This document shows positions 27,608 to 44,369 of a stretch of 64,000 nt of DNA, one piece after another (the stretch's first letter is position 1; every line of letters begins with the position of its first letter). Position numbers and translations under genes: made by a program. Source of the stretch: Octopus sinensis (Eukaryota); assembly GCF_006345805.1 (NCBI RefSeq), contig NC_043023.1, positions 13,206,001 to 13,270,000 of the forward strand. The letters run 5' to 3'. A model generated the notes under the pieces. That model worked only from the letters and a program-made list of their open reading frames with translations, had not been told where the DNA came from and made no database searches.

Positions 27608-28005
27608 ATGTGTGGTAAGTAGCTTGCTTATCAACCACATGGTTCCAGGTTCAGTCCCATTGCGTGGCATCTTGGGCAAGTGTCTTCTGCTATAGCCCCG
27701 GGCCGACCAATGCCTTGTGAGTGGATTTGGTAGACGGAAACTGAAAGAAGCCTTTCGTATACATATGTATATATATATATGTGTGCCTGTAAATTGTGTG
27801 TGTGTGTTTGTCCCCCTAGCATTGCTTGACAACCGATGCTGGTGTGTTTATGTCCCCGTCACTTAGCAGTTCGGCAAAAGAGACCGATAGAATAAGTACT
27901 GGGCTTACAAAGAATAAGTCCCGGGGTCGATTTGCTCGACTAAAGGCGGTGCTCCAGCATGGCCGCAGTCAAATGACTGAAACAAGAAAAAGAGTAAAAG
28001 AGAGT
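27608..28005 (+). mobile_element. Family A SINE inserted in the ZNF5 3' flank
   Basis: Interrupts the acacaggaat..tatagcaa flank that is contiguous in ZNF2/3/4. Confidence 0.8.
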
Positions 28006-28034
28006 AAAGAGTATAGCAACCAAGAAACTAGAGA

Positions 28035-28651
28035 CTACCCTTTTCCTTTCACCCCTGTATGAATCAGTTTGTGTCTCATGAAGTTACTATTTGCAGAGAA
28101 TGATTACCGCAGATAACACAGTGATATGGCTTCTCTCCTGTATGAATACGATTGTGCTTTCTTAAGGCAGTACTTTCAGAAAATGTTTTACCACAAATAT
28201 CACAATAACATGATCTCTCTCCTGTATGAATACGTATGTGTTCTGTTAAGGCTGTATTTTGAGAGAATGATTTACCACAGACATCACAATGATAAGGTCT
28301 CTCTCCTGTATGAGTACGTATGTGTTTGGTTAAGTCACAATTTTCAGATAATGATTTACCACAGATATCACAATGATATGGTTTCTCTCCTGTATGAATA
28401 CGTATGTGTTCTGTTAAGGCTGTATTTTGAGAGAATGATTTACCACAAATATCGCAGTGATGGGGTGTCTCTCCAGTATGAATATATTTGTGTGTAGATA
28501 AGTGACTACTTTGAGAGAATGATTTACCACAGATATCACAATGATACAGTTTCTCACCTGTATGTGTATGTTTGTGTATAATTAGGTTACTTTTCCGAGA
28601 GAACGACTTTGTACAGATATCACAGTCATATGATGTCATCTCTTTTCTCAT
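28035..28651 (-). pseudogene. ZNF5: 7-finger C2H2 gene, probably disabled
   Basis: 1-bp deletion in finger 7 near 28105 (ancestral end HTGVKGKG* at 28035-28037); LINE inserted in the 5' part of the exon; acceptor CAG changed to CAC at 30150. Confidence 0.75.
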
Positions 28652-28964
28652 GCGTTCAGGGGAAATCAATTTCTTTTACTTTTCCTCTCAAATCCCAGTT
28701 GATATATTTTTCCTGCCTTCGTTTTTTTACTTTATTGCTTACATAAATTTCTACTTTATCCAATCTTTATCTGCACACAAGCTTCTTTTCTTGTCACTCT
28801 AGTCAGCAATGTTCAGAAATTTGGCTAATAATATTATTTCAGAGCAAATGTTTCAAACGAATTCTTTCACAGATTTATAGAAACAATATTATATGTTTGT
28901 TTTCTATGATATTTTCCTTTAGTCTTTAAAACATTGTAGATACTGAGGTTGCTTCTTCTGTCAC

Positions 28965-30132
28965 AACAACAACAACAATGTGCCTTTAAATATGGTTTCT
29001 GATTACAAATATCTTGGGTCATACATATCATCATCAGGAAAAGATTTTCTAACTAGAAAGGGTATGGCCTGGTCAGCCTGTAATGACATGCATAAGATCT
29101 GGTCATCAAATCTAAGTAGAGACTTCAAACTTGAAATCTTCAAAGCCACAGTCGAACCAATTCTACTATATGGCTCATAAACCTGGACGTTATCAAAGAA
29201 GCTTGAGAGGCAGTTGGATGGAACCTACACTCGCCTCCTTATGAGAGCTCAAAATCTCTCGTGGAAGCGTCATCCAACCAAAGTACAAATATATGGGAAA
29301 TTACCACCTGTGTCATCTCTTGTGAAAGGTAGAAGAATCCAGTTTGCTGGACATTGTTGTAGAGCTGAAAACGAGGCAATTTCTACTCTTCTCCTCTGGA
29401 AGCCATCTACTCGCGATACCAGAGGGCACACACTCTCCTACTCTGATGTAATCTCCACGGATACATGCATCCAGCAACCGGACCTCTGTAATGCTATGAT
29501 GGACCGTGAAGTCTGGCGTAGCATGGTAAACTCCATTGTCTCGACCACGGTCGCGATACCAGAGGGCGCACACTCTCCTACCCTGATGTAATCTCCAGGG
29601 ATACATGCATCCAGCAACCGGACCTCTGTAATGCTATGATGGACCGTGAAGTCTGGCGTAGCATGGTAAACTCCATTGTCTCGACCACGGTCGCGATACC
29701 AGAGGGTGCACACTCTCCTACCCTGATGTAATCTCCAGGGATACATGCATCCAGCAACAGAACCTCCGTAATGCTATGATGGACCGTGAAGTCTGGCATA
29801 GCATGGTAAATTCCATTGTCTTGACCACAGTTGTGATACCAGAGGGCGCACACTCTCCTACCCTGATGTAATCTCCAGGGATACATGCATCCAGCAACCG
29901 GACCTCCGTAATGCTATGATGGACCGTGAAGTCTGGCGTAGCATGGTAAATCCCATTGTCTTGACCACGGTCGCGATACCAGAGGGTGCACACTCTCCTA
30001 CCCTGATGTAATCTCCAGGGATACATGCATCCAGCAACAGGACCTCCGTAATGCTATGATGGACCGTGAAGTCTTGCGTAGCATGGTAAATTCCATTGTC
30101 TCGACCACGGACGAACAATGAAGATGATGATG
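28965..30132 (+). mobile_element. 5'-truncated RTE-clade LINE with 9-bp TSD and a five-fold tandem 140-bp 3' segment
   Basis: YKYLGSYI..FKATVEPILLYGS*TW..RRIQFAGHC; TSD ttctgtcac at 28956-28964 and 30133-30141; gatgatgatg tail. Confidence 0.88.
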
Positions 30133-30339
30133 TTCTGTCACCTGACGTTGTGAAATTATAGAGAAACAACAGTGTAAAATGTAGAAACTACTTAAAATAT
30201 ACAGACTCACTTTTATTGAGATAAACATTTACCTTAACAACTCAGCCGGACAAAAACAGTTCTGTAAAGAATTGCCGATCTTTCAAAGTAGATGGAAGAA
30301 GTGTGGATGAGCAAAGTCAGGACAGAGTACTTTTCTGGT

Positions 30340-31437
30340 GATATGATAAAGACCCATACTCCACAGCAGAAATGTTCAGACTCATCCCCCTGGTGGCCCC
30401 AAGCACTTGTGATTGTTCTTCATCAAAGTGAAATTGCAAGTACATGGATTCACATAAAAGTACCCTGTGAAGTGTCTATGCCGCATCCTTTGTGTCCGAT
30501 GGCATCACTTTGTCTCTGACAATTCGGTGCGACACCAGTGCAGAATCACCTCCCTCCGACAAGTCATCCTAACGAGACGTCTGCATTGGCTGGGTCATGC
30601 CCTCCGTCGTCAACCAGAATTCATCTACGAAGCAATTGCCCCAGCTTCCTTTCAGGGTTGGTGAACAACGAAAAACCTGGTGATATGATAAAGACCCATA
30701 CTCCACAGCAGAAATGTTCAGACTCATCCTCCTGGTGGCCCCAAGCACTTGTGATTGTTCTTCATCAAAGTGAAATTGCAAGTACGTGGATTCACATAAA
30801 AGTACCCTGTGAAGTGTCTATGCCGCATCCTTCGTGTCCGATGGCATCACTTTGTCTCTGACAATTCGATGCGACACCAGTGCAGAATCACCTCCCTCCG
30901 ACAAGTCATCCTAATGAGACGTCTGCCTTGGCTGGGTCATGCCCTCCGTCATCAACCAGAATTCATCTACAAAGCAATTGCCCCAGCTCCCCTTCAGGGT
31001 TGGTGAAAGCGATGTGGTGGACAACGAAAAACCTGGCTGATGACAGTCAAGGCTGATCTGGAACCCAACCTATGAAGCAATTGCCCCAGCTCCCCTTCAG
31101 GGTTGGCGAAAGTGTTGTGGTGGACAATGAAAAACCTGGCTGATGACAGTCAAAGCTGATCTGGAACCCAACCTACGAAGCAATTGCCCCAGCTCCCCTT
31201 CAGGGTTGGCGAAAGCGATGTGGTGGACAACGAAAAACCTGGCTGATCTGGAACCCAACCTAGGCCCCCATATCTATGCCGTTCGCTGCTGGAATAAGGA
31301 GTGGTTGGAGATCACGAGGTCGTTAGCCTCAAATCGCCAGGCCTGGTCAGCGTTTGTGAGAGATGCAACATTGAGGATGAATGAAGCCAGCTGAACCCAC
31401 CCCGGGTGAATGCTGTAAGAAGACGAAGAAGAAGAAA
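30340..31437 (+). mobile_element. Second RTE-clade LINE 3' fragment with internal duplications
   Basis: CLCRILCVRWHHFVSDNSVR..RRLHWLGHALR twice, 342 bp apart; WLEITRSLASNRQAWSAFVRD; gaagaagaa tail. Confidence 0.8.
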
Positions 31438-31929
31438 TCATAAATCAGACTGGAGGGTGCTGCAGCTCTGCAGTTTGCCAGCCCTGCTCAAACCATCAAA
31501 CTGCTCCAGTATGGACGTCAGACATGAAATGATGAAAAGAGGAAGCTGAACCTTTCAGGTGATATGATAATGATAAACTGTGGATATAAACTTTTACCCC
31601 AATAATTAGTCTTTAAAATTCATTTCGTTATTAAAATTATATTATACAACCTTGTGTAATGTCCACATATGCACAGACTTCAGCTCGTCCACCTTCAAGT
31701 ATTATGTAAAATGCTAAACTACCAAATACTGGATCATAACGTTGTACTGTCTTAGGAAACATGATAAGTCACTGTTGTTTAGCCCTAGGTCACCCTTCAC
31801 TGAGTAGATCTATTTAGGAAATTAATGTTCACGAGTGTCATGACCTTTAGAACAGATCAAACATAAACATCACTATAATTTAGTCACTAACCACAATACA
31901 CACACACACACACATACTGGGCTGCCCCT

Positions 31930-32220
31930 GTGAAACCCTCTATGCTGATCATCTTACAGCTGAATCAATACCAGCAAGAGAAAAGAGATTTCAGGTGTGT
32001 AAGCAGGGTCTGCAATTAGTGGTCCTTAGAGTTAATTTGGCAGAGACCAAAGTCTTAATAAGTTAGTAAGCGGACAAATCTTATAGGGAAATGGCCCTGC
32101 TTGAAATATGGAAAAGGAATATGCAGGAACTCGATAAGGTGTAGCCAGTGCAAGTTATGGATACATAAGATGTGCAGCAATATTAGAGGAACGTCAACAC
32201 GAAAAGTAGTAGATGTACAT
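31930..32220 (+). mobile_element. Decayed RTE-like reverse-transcriptase fragment
   Basis: LYADHL (YADD-like) followed by VNLAETKV..GKWPC..RCSQCKLWIHK-like sequence with frameshifts. Confidence 0.5.
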
Positions 32221-32572
32221 GGGCAATAAATACAAGGAAATAGATGCTGTCAAATGTGGAGGGGAGAGCGAGTGGTAACTTAGAAATATTTGGTAGAATG
32301 TAACAAGTTAGGGAGCAAAAGACTTGCCTCAGTGGGGTTTTGTCTCTGAAGACCCTCTGCTGTTCAGTTCTGTTGAGAATTTCCTACCATTGTTACATTT
32401 TAACATTTTATCAGTGACTGGGAAATATATTTTCCACACATTCACTCTCACATGGTTACCATCTACTAACTAGATCCGTCACATATTCACTAGATAACCA
32501 CCATCATTAGCATTTAATGAACAAACTTATCCATTTATTTATCTCTCATCACTGCACCTTAGCATCTATAAT

Positions 32573-32880
32573 AATAATAATGAAATTATTGTATACAGTG
32601 CTCAGGTGCACAACAACTTGTCAAAAGTGCGTATAAAGTATATGCAGTAATGTACAAATGTCTGGGAAGTGAACAGTGTATGAGTCAGATACATGCTTGC
32701 GTGTGTATGGAGGGGAGAAAATCAGGTGTAGTGTTGGCGAATCTAAGGAAGCATGGAAGTTTTGAAGGATGCAGTGCTCCGACAACTAACAACTGATGCC
32801 GGCAGTTTGTTCCATGCTTCAGCAATTCTTAGCGTGAAAAAATGTTTCCGAAAGTCATTGGAGCTGTGCTGCTTTCTGAT
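32573..32880 (-). mobile_element. CR1/L2 LINE 3' end
   Basis: Reverse complement of 26480-26770. Confidence 0.8.
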
Positions 32881-33363
32881 ATTAGGCTGGTGGAGTTTGA
32901 AAAGGTGCTAAGAGTTATTTTTTGAAATATCTGGTATTTTGTATATTAAAAAATGCCATCAAATTATATAACTTCAAAACAAACATTTATTGTAGATTAG
33001 TTTGGAGAAATGTGTAACTTTTATCATACATTGATCAAGTGTGAATTCTATGCTGTATCATCAATTGTATAGGCTCATAAGGGACATGTTTGGATAGGGT
33101 TGCCAGATTAGAAAACAATATATACGGGACACTTTTAAAATATCTCTCTTTATATGAATTTATACATGCCTACACACGCAATATTTTATATAAAAGCAGA
33201 GAGATAAGTTCAAAACACAGCAATTATTTTAATGGGTTATGAGGTCAAAATTATTTAATACAAGCTAAAAAAATTGGTGCAGCATCATTCATTTTTCTCT
33301 AGCAGAGATAAATAAATACCTGGCCAGGTACAGGTGTAGATAGTTTGAAGGAATACTAGGCTA

Positions 33364-33600
33364 TTAATAATCGCCGGGTGCATGTATGCTGTCAACAAAG
33401 TTTTCTTTGTGGTTTATCATGTAATGCTGAGAACCCAATGTTTGTATATCTTTGGAAGCCGTCCAAGAATCACTGTAAATAACTGAGCCAGGTTTGATGT
33501 ATTTTTGAATTAGTGGAAGCAATGTTGCTTTGTCATGCTTCTGACCAGTCACAGGAACAACAAAGCGACGTTTGCTAATCCGTTCAATTCCAGCGAACAA
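33364..33600 (-). mobile_element. Merlin / IS1595 (ISXO2-like) transposase fragment
   Basis: FAGIER..RRFVVPV..DKATLLPLIQKYIKPGSVIYSDSW..HYMINHKENFVD pattern. Confidence 0.75.
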
Positions 33601-35300
33601 CCAAACATAAACACTTTAATTAGAACATACAATCTATAAATGGAATTAATTGATTATATGTATGAGAGCAATCAAGACGATTGCAATGGAAAAAAACATT
33701 TAAACTATTAACATGGATCATTTTGTCAGAAAAAACCGCAGAGATATGTAGCAAGTGATAATTTTATGATAAAACAATAGATGGCTTTGGATGGGGACAA
33801 TTAGCAAATGGAATATTTACTGTAATAAAAGTAATTAGAAATTTGGTGCTTTTTCGTGGCAATACCAAATAAAATACAATTTAGATTTTATTTGCCTAAT
33901 TAAAGAAGTTTACCGGGGTACAGAATTTATATCGATGTCAGACTAGCAATATTTAATACTTTCACTGTCAAGTAGCCGGGTTCGTTGGCTTTTATTAAAG
34001 AAATGTGTTATATCTTACCTCGTATCATAAATAAATCCAGTTTAATGTGAATTAACGTTAATCACCCAAAGGAGTGGATTTTGCAGGAAATATAAGTTAA
34101 GGAGACATCAGAAAAGCGACACGGAATGACAACGAAATGAACTAAATATCCGACCATTGTAAAACCTTATATTATTCCACAATTATCTGATGCGAAAACT
34201 CAAGTGGTAAATTTTATGATTTTTATTGCTATAATTACTTTCTGAAAATGTGAAATGTAATAAAAAAACAATCCGAATGATGACAAAAGATAGAAAACTA
34301 GAAACTGACTGCTTCTTTTCATGTCTGTTGCTTCTTTTACGCTATCCTGTTACCGAACCCCCAAAGCGTCAGGTACGGAAAGAAACCAACGAAACTTGTC
34401 AGACAGTGATGATGGAGCAAGGTGGGATGGAGATGTGTGTGTGTTTCTCCTATAAGTGTTCGAAAACCATTGTTAGTTTGTTTACATTCCTGCAACGAAA
34501 GACTCCAACACTATAACTACCAAACGAAAAATAAGTTTAATTAAAAGTGATACAAACATGTTTGTCTGTACTTAAGAATGTGCGTGTACATTTATCTATG
34601 TACGTACACGTCCAACCATCCATCCATTCGTCTTTCCTTCCTGCTTCCTCCTTCCCTCCCTCATATTCCTCATCAATACATGTCAACTTTGCTATTGTTT
34701 CCACAGCTGGATGCCCTTCCTAGCGCTAGCAACTTCGCAGTGTGTACTGGGTGCTTGTTTCTTACTACCAGCACTAGTGAGGGGTTGACAAGTAACTTGT
34801 AAGATATGAAAAAATAAGACAAAAAAAGCAGTTCACTTCGTTAAGTGGGAGGAGAGAGTTTAATAAAGGGCCTGGGACGTGATTTTGCACCAAGGAAGAA
34901 ATGTTTTGCTATAGAGAAGATACATAGTTAACATACTTTTACCTAAGTGTGGGTGGGAGTATCCGGGATGAAACTAAGATGTTGGTGACAAGATGCAAGG
35001 AAAAATCCCACACAAAGTAAGAGATGATGTATGGAAGGTGTCAAGAGGTTGGGGATGGAGTTATATGTGTGTGTGGGTGTCATCAGTAGTATGTCTCACT
35101 TCTAGCTATTGAAAGTAAAATTTATATATATATATGTTTGTGTGTGTGTGTGTAAACATTGGACACTAATTTATTAAAGTTATTGAGTTGATGTCCAGTC
35201 ATAGAGTGACCAAATGTTGTGCATCTACAAATGCTTTGTGAATGCAGAACCATTGATCACTCTATAATCTGACATTAAATTGATTACTTTTATATGTATG

Positions 35301-35360
<60 letters not shown>

Positions 35361-35363
<3 letters not shown>

Positions 35364-35814
35364 AGAATTTTTTGCGTAATGAGATAAGAAAAAAAACCCC
35401 TAGTGTATAAATTCTGTACTTGGAATGACCAATTTTAAATACTGTTGAATCTTACTCATAAGGTATTGGAATCTTACATTGTGTATAAACTTTAAACTTG
35501 GAATAAACAATTTTAAATACTGCTGGATTTTTCTCACAAAGTATTGGAATCTTACATATCTACCATTCTGCCTAAAGATGGATCTACAAATTCAGTACCC
35601 CTACATATCTCACATCTATTTTCTTTTCTCCACCTCACTCTCTATTTTGTATCCTATCTAAATTAACTATTAATTAACAATCCTCCCACATAATCTCCAA
35701 TGAAGGGATATAATTAATAAATATCCTGGAAACAGGTGTAAGACCTTCTATCTATAAATGTTCTAATATCTACACAGCCTTGGTTTTTTATCGCATTACG
35801 CAAAAAATTCTTAT
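35361..35814. mobile_element. MITE with ~27-bp TIRs
   Basis: ataagaattttttgcgtaatgagataa versus ttatcgcattacgcaaaaaattcttat. Confidence 0.7.
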
Positions 35815-36076
35815 TTACACACACTGACAGATGACCAACGTTGAACCCCTTATTCCCAAAATCACTGAACCTGGAACTTAACTATGGTCAGTCTATGGCA
35901 CTTATTCAGCATTACCTGACGACTTTGGGTCTCAATAACACCATTACCTCTTAGATCCTATATATATATATATATGTATATTAGAAGTATTGGGGGTGAT
36001 GTACAGATTTAATATATATGAAAGAAAAAAGATGTTCAGAATGCTGGATGGTTGTAAAAATATATATTCACATATA

Positions 36077-36328
36077 TCAACGTGATCACCATGACCGATC
36101 AAGCTATCAGATGTTGCTAAACATCGCTGGTCACAATGCGTTTCGCATTGTTTTAGCCTTCAAATGACGCCACCTCGCTGGCTAAGCGAGCAGGCCAACA
36201 GAAGAAAGAGTGAGAGAATGTTGTGGCGAAAGAGTACACCAGGGTTCGCCACCACCCCCTGCCGGAGCCTCGTGGAGCTTTAGGTGTTTTAGCTCAATAA
36301 ACACTCACAACGCCCGTCTAGGAATCGA
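36077..36328 (-). mobile_element. SINE-like element
   Basis: Minus strand tcgattcctagacggg B-box-like head and aaagctccacgaggctccgg body. Confidence 0.45.
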
Positions 36329-36483
36329 TATATATATATACATATATATATACTTTATTTAAAGCAGCAGAAAATTCAACAAAATCTGAATTTTCTGCTG
36401 CTTTAAATAAAGCATATTACTCTACCACTGGTAAATGAGTACTCTTTTTCCCACCTTGTTTCACATTTATGTGTTTACTCCGG

Positions 36484-39330
<2,847 letters not shown>

Positions 39331-39399
39331 GCAAGATGATATCTTGTCGTGAACGACAAATGGGTTTTCAGTAAAATAAAGCGTTAGCCATGTTCTCTG

Positions 39400-40080
39400 G
39401 GCGCGAATGTCTCTCTAGATGCCACCTGGTGCCTTGAAAATCTTTTGGCACATCAAACAAGTTGAGTGCTCACCTGGCTTGAGTGCTTCTGGATCATTTA
39501 CCATGTGTTTCCTTCAGCGGAAAATAAAGCCTGCTTTGCTTCGTGCCACAAAACCACAATGACACGCGAGGTTTCTATTTAGTGGAGCAGTGTTTTGCCA
39601 GCGTACCTTTATGCTTGCACGAAGTTGTTCCCGTTGTTGGAGTCGATTATTCTGAAATCTGACAAGAAGAAGGTCTAGTACTAGGTCCTTACGATGTGGT
39701 GCTTTGGTTTTCCAGGGAGAAAAGGGCTTGTTGCATCGCTTCAGATTCTTTTTTAGGTTGCCTTTGAAGCGTAGGAGTGACCTTCCAACTGAGCTTCCAT
39801 ATAGGAAATGGCCTAAGAGAAGTTGCTTTGGAATACGTGAGAGATAACCTGACCATCTCAGCTGTATGGTGATGAGGATGACTCCTGGACCTGATATGCT
39901 GCATTTTGATAGTACCTCACTGTTATGAATATGGTCGCTCGGTTTTATGTTGGTGGTAGTACGCACGTATCGCATATGAAATGCGTCAAGCTGGTTAATG
40001 TGCTTTTGGTACAAAGTCCAAGATTCAGCAACATAAAGCAATGTTGTCAAGACAACCGTCTTACATTAACTTTCACCATA
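39400..40080 (-). mobile_element. RTE-BovB-like LINE 3' fragment
   Basis: TTLLYVAESWTLYQKHINQLDAFHMR..QLRWSGY..RIPKQLL..C-terminal CHCGFVARSKAG. Confidence 0.8.
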
Positions 40081-40179
40081 TACGATACCTTGTGGTTGTT
40101 TCATAGCTTGTGATTTCCCGATTCTGGAATCGATTTCTTGATCCATTTTCGCATCATTGGACACGATGGATCGAAGACG

Positions 40180-40745
40180 AGTAAAATCATTTGCTGCGTC
40201 TAAAACTGAGACAACATCCTGTCCCTAACCCTAACACTAACCCTAAACCTAACCCTAAATTTTAGCCTTTCGTGACAGGATGTTGTCTCAGTCTATTGAG
40301 GTGAAAACGATTACTGCTGTAACATTTTCTGGCGGCGTTATATGAAAATGTCCCTGTTACATATTATATATTCGTTTAAGAAACAGATTGCGTTTATTTA
40401 CATTCCTGAAGAAAAAGAATACCCTTCCCCCCAACTCGAACCCTAACCCTAAAACAGACTGAAATGCAATAGATCGATACTAGGGTCATAATTATGAGTG
40501 GACACTAAAGAGGGAACGGTTTTGTTATCCAGCTCTGTTTATGAGTGACCCCCTCAGTTTATGGCCACAGGGTATCTTTTTTCTCATAAAAAAAGGGACA
40601 TTTTAATATGACACCGCCAGTAAATGTTACGGCAGAAATCGTTTTCACCTCAATAGACGTCTTTGATTGGTTGAAATTCACGAAATGCAAGAAATTAAAC
40701 AACAAATATGTTACAAACTACAGAATTTTCTCAAACAATTTTCTG
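40180..40745. mobile_element. Rearranged fragments of the Merlin-type MITE family
   Basis: ctaaccctaa tracts and gaaatgcaatagatcgatactaggg motif shared with 15409-15961 and 45939-46333. Confidence 0.6.
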
Positions 40746-41293
40746 AATAGTAAAGGTGAAGTGTGTAGTAAACTTGTGTGGGTATACCAATGTTTCAACG
40801 CCTCAATGAACTCTGACCCCTGTAAACATTGACATTAAATGTCTGACAGTGTTCATGTTGAATTACTATGTCACTTAACTATCCTCTTTATCTTACTGTT
40901 TCTTTTTCTATTTCAGAATATCACATCATGTTGACATAAAAGAAATTACTTCGTTCAGATGTGCCTTTGATATTTTTATCAACTTTCATCAACTAAAGGA
41001 AGACGATATATTTATAAGGAGCCTTCATCTATACATCAACGTTTCTATATAAATATAATCTATGACAAACAACAGCGAAATATATTTCTTGTCTTCACTG
41101 TCTGGAATGTAGAGGAGGTGATTGCTTTACAAGTTTGGATAACTTTACGAAGGACCTGACAGTTTTCACCAGATGATTTAGGTATTGAGATCACAGTTGA
41201 AAGAAACATAGCATTAAATTATTCCTTGACACAACACAAGGATATTCATACAACAATATCCTTGTGTTATATTTGACAAATTATTCTCCCATA

Positions 41294-42178
41294 ATGAATA
41301 ATTTAATAAAATTTGAAAACCCTGATACAAGAGAGAAACCATATTCCAGTGATGTCTGTGGAAAATCATTTCGTCGGAGAAGTCACTTGTCTGTTCACAA
41401 ACATACACATACAGGAGAGAAACCGTGTCATTGCGATACCTGTGGTAAATCATTCTCTTGTAATAGTCACTTGACTACTCATAGACGTATTCATACTGGT
41501 GAAAAACCATATCCCTGCGATTTATGTGATAAATCATTTTCTCAAATTGGTGCTTTAACTAGACACAAATGTGTTCATACAGGTGAGAAGCCATATCATT
41601 GTGACACCTGTGGTAAATCATTCGCTGCAAACGGTGACTTGGCTAGACACAAGTACGTTCATACTGGGGAAAAACCATATCAGTGTGATATCTGTGGTAA
41701 ATCATTTTCTGAGTCTGGTACCTTGAAATCACACAAACGTATTCATACAGGTGAGAAACCATATCGCTGTGATACCTGTGGTAAATCGTTTTCTGGAAAT
41801 AGTGCTTTAACAAGACACAAGCGTATTCATACAGGAGAGAAGCCATTTCATTGTAATATCTGTGGTAAATCATTCACTGCAAACAGTGACTTGACTAAAC
41901 ACAAGCGTGTTCATACAGGTGAGAAACCATATCAGTGTGATATCTGTGGTAAATCATTCTCTAGAAATAGTGACTTGACTTACCATAAGCGCATTCATAC
42001 TGGGGAAAAACCATATCAGTGTGATATCTGTGGTAAATCATTTTCTCTAAATAGGTATTTAACTCTTCACAGACATATTCATAGAGGCAAGAAGCCATAT
42101 CATTGTGATACCTGTGGTAAATCATTCTCTAGATATAGGGAATTGACCACTCACATACGTATTCATACTGGGGAATAA
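41294..42178 (+). CDS. ZNF6: C2H2 protein, 10 fingers (first degenerate), subfamily I, ending at a premature TAA
   Basis: Conserved MNN start at 41294; acceptor with exon start 40917; ends HTGE*. Confidence 0.8.
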   Translation: MNNLIKFENPDTREKPYSSDVCGKSFRRRSHLSVHKHTHTGEKPCHCDTCGKSFSCNSHLTTHRRIHTGEKPYPCDLCDKSFSQIGALTRHKCVHTGEKPYHCDTCGKSFAANGDLARHKYVHTGEKPYQCDICGKSFSESGTLKSHKRIHTGEKPYRCDTCGKSFSGNSALTRHKRIHTGEKPFHCNICGKSFTANSDLTKHKRVHTGEKPYQCDICGKSFSRNSDLTYHKRIHTGEKPYQCDICGKSFSLNRYLTLHRHIHRGKKPYHCDTCGKSFSRYRELTTHIRIHTGE

Positions 42179-42597
<419 letters not shown>

Positions 42598-42719
42598 CAC
42601 GGCCTTGCCCGGGATTAAGTTACGATTATTAAGCTAATCAAGTTCTTTATTTCAAAGCAAATTAAGTAATATCGACGTCAAATTTGGGTGAAATCCGTTG
42701 AAATTAGTTATATTATAAA

Positions 42720-42915
42720 GTTAATCCAAACAAGGAAGCACAAAAAGCCACAACAACACGAGGACGTGGAACAAATATAGTATTATTGGACGCTCAGGAA
42801 AGAAGGAGGGTATAACGTTTTGAGCGGAGCTCTTCGTCGGAAACATAGGAGAAGGAAAGATCCAGAGAAGGGAAGACAGAGGGAAAAAAATCACCAACAG
42901 TACACGCACGGTCAC
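42720..42915 (-). mobile_element. Penelope-like element fragment with an inactivated hammerhead motif
   Basis: Reverse complement of 63565-63755; CCGACGA-A-GAGC/GCUC-AAAAC (G12 lost). Confidence 0.55.
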
Positions 42916-43531
42916 ATTTTAGTTATATTAAATATATATATGTTATATATATAATATAATATAAATATATATGGGCAACAGACACAAACACACATGTACG
43001 TACGTACACCTATTGCATGTTTTGTGCACGCATACATGTTCATAAACAAGAAATGAATGGAAAAAATGTTGTTAAATTTGTAGATTGACACTCGCGCGAT
43101 TTTCACTAAGAAAATAAATAGTTTTTTTTTTTTTTTTGCATAGAATCAACTACTCTGGCCTCAAAACCCTTTTTGTGGTCCATGAAATGGAGTGGGTTGT
43201 GGTGGAAGCCTCGCAAATTGTACCCATTTATATTGTGTAATTCACTGACAAATTGTTACTCACCTCTTTGTTCCTTTGTTGTTAAATAAATGCATCGTTA
43301 ACAAAACTCATTTTTACTCAGCGTAAAATAAAAACAAAACTCTTTCGCACCCAAAGTAATGTGTGTGAGAGAGAGAGGGGGGAGAAAGATGAACGATTTA
43401 AAATAAATAAATGATTTAAAATAAATATATTGTAATTGTTGTGTGAGAAAGTATATATACTATGATTATAAAATATAGTGTGCCTTTCAAAACCCAAAAA
43501 TATTTTACATTTTATTTTTTATGAACGTCAT

Positions 43532-43582
<51 letters not shown>

Positions 43583-43904
43583 TCTCACTTTGTCTTTCCC
43601 GTGAAACTCTCTGCCTCCTTCTTCCACTTTTCTTTATCTTATTTTTTTTTTGTTAGACACCATCAAAAAGCAATGGCTGATATTTGTTATGGTTAAAAGC
43701 TATGGTTGAAAAATAGATTTTTACCCTATCCGCGGGTGCTTCAGGAAGAAAATAAGTCGACAAAACCTAGATAGGGAGTGACAAATGTCCTCCTAAAATT
43801 TGAGCGACATGCGTGCTAATTTGTGGATGTGCATAAATTACAATCACGTACACACCCACACATCCTCCCTTTTATAGATATGATATGTATACTCTTTAAT
43901 CTTT

Positions 43905-44255
43905 TACTTGTTTCAGTCATTTGACAGCGGCCATGCTGGAGCACCACCTTTGGTCGAGCAAATCAACCCCGGGACTTATTCTTTGTAAGCCTAGTACTTA
44001 TTCTATTGGTCTCTTTTGCCGAACCGCTAAGTGACGGGGACGTAAACACACCAGCATCAATTGTCAAGCAATGCTTGGGGGACAAACACAGACACACAAG
44101 CACACACACACATGTACATATATACATATATACGACAGGCTTTGGTCGGCCCGGGGCTATAGTAGAAGACACTTGTCCAAGGTGCCACGCAGTGGGACTG
44201 AACCCAGAACCATGTGGTTGGTAAACAAGCTACTTACCACACAGCCACTCCTGCG
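43905..44255 (-). mobile_element. Family A SINE
   Basis: Reverse complement of 1000-1365. Confidence 0.85.
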
Positions 44256-44369
44256 CATATATTTGTTTTAAATATTTTAATTAATTGTATCTTATTTTTT
44301 AAACAAGAATATATTTAAGATATTTCGTACTTTACAAGATTATTTAGAATCGAAAGTGAGAATCGAAAT

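Noticed and set aside
43690-43870. Possible second Helitron end
   Set aside because: Only a weak resemblance; matching CTAG terminus and insertion junction not found
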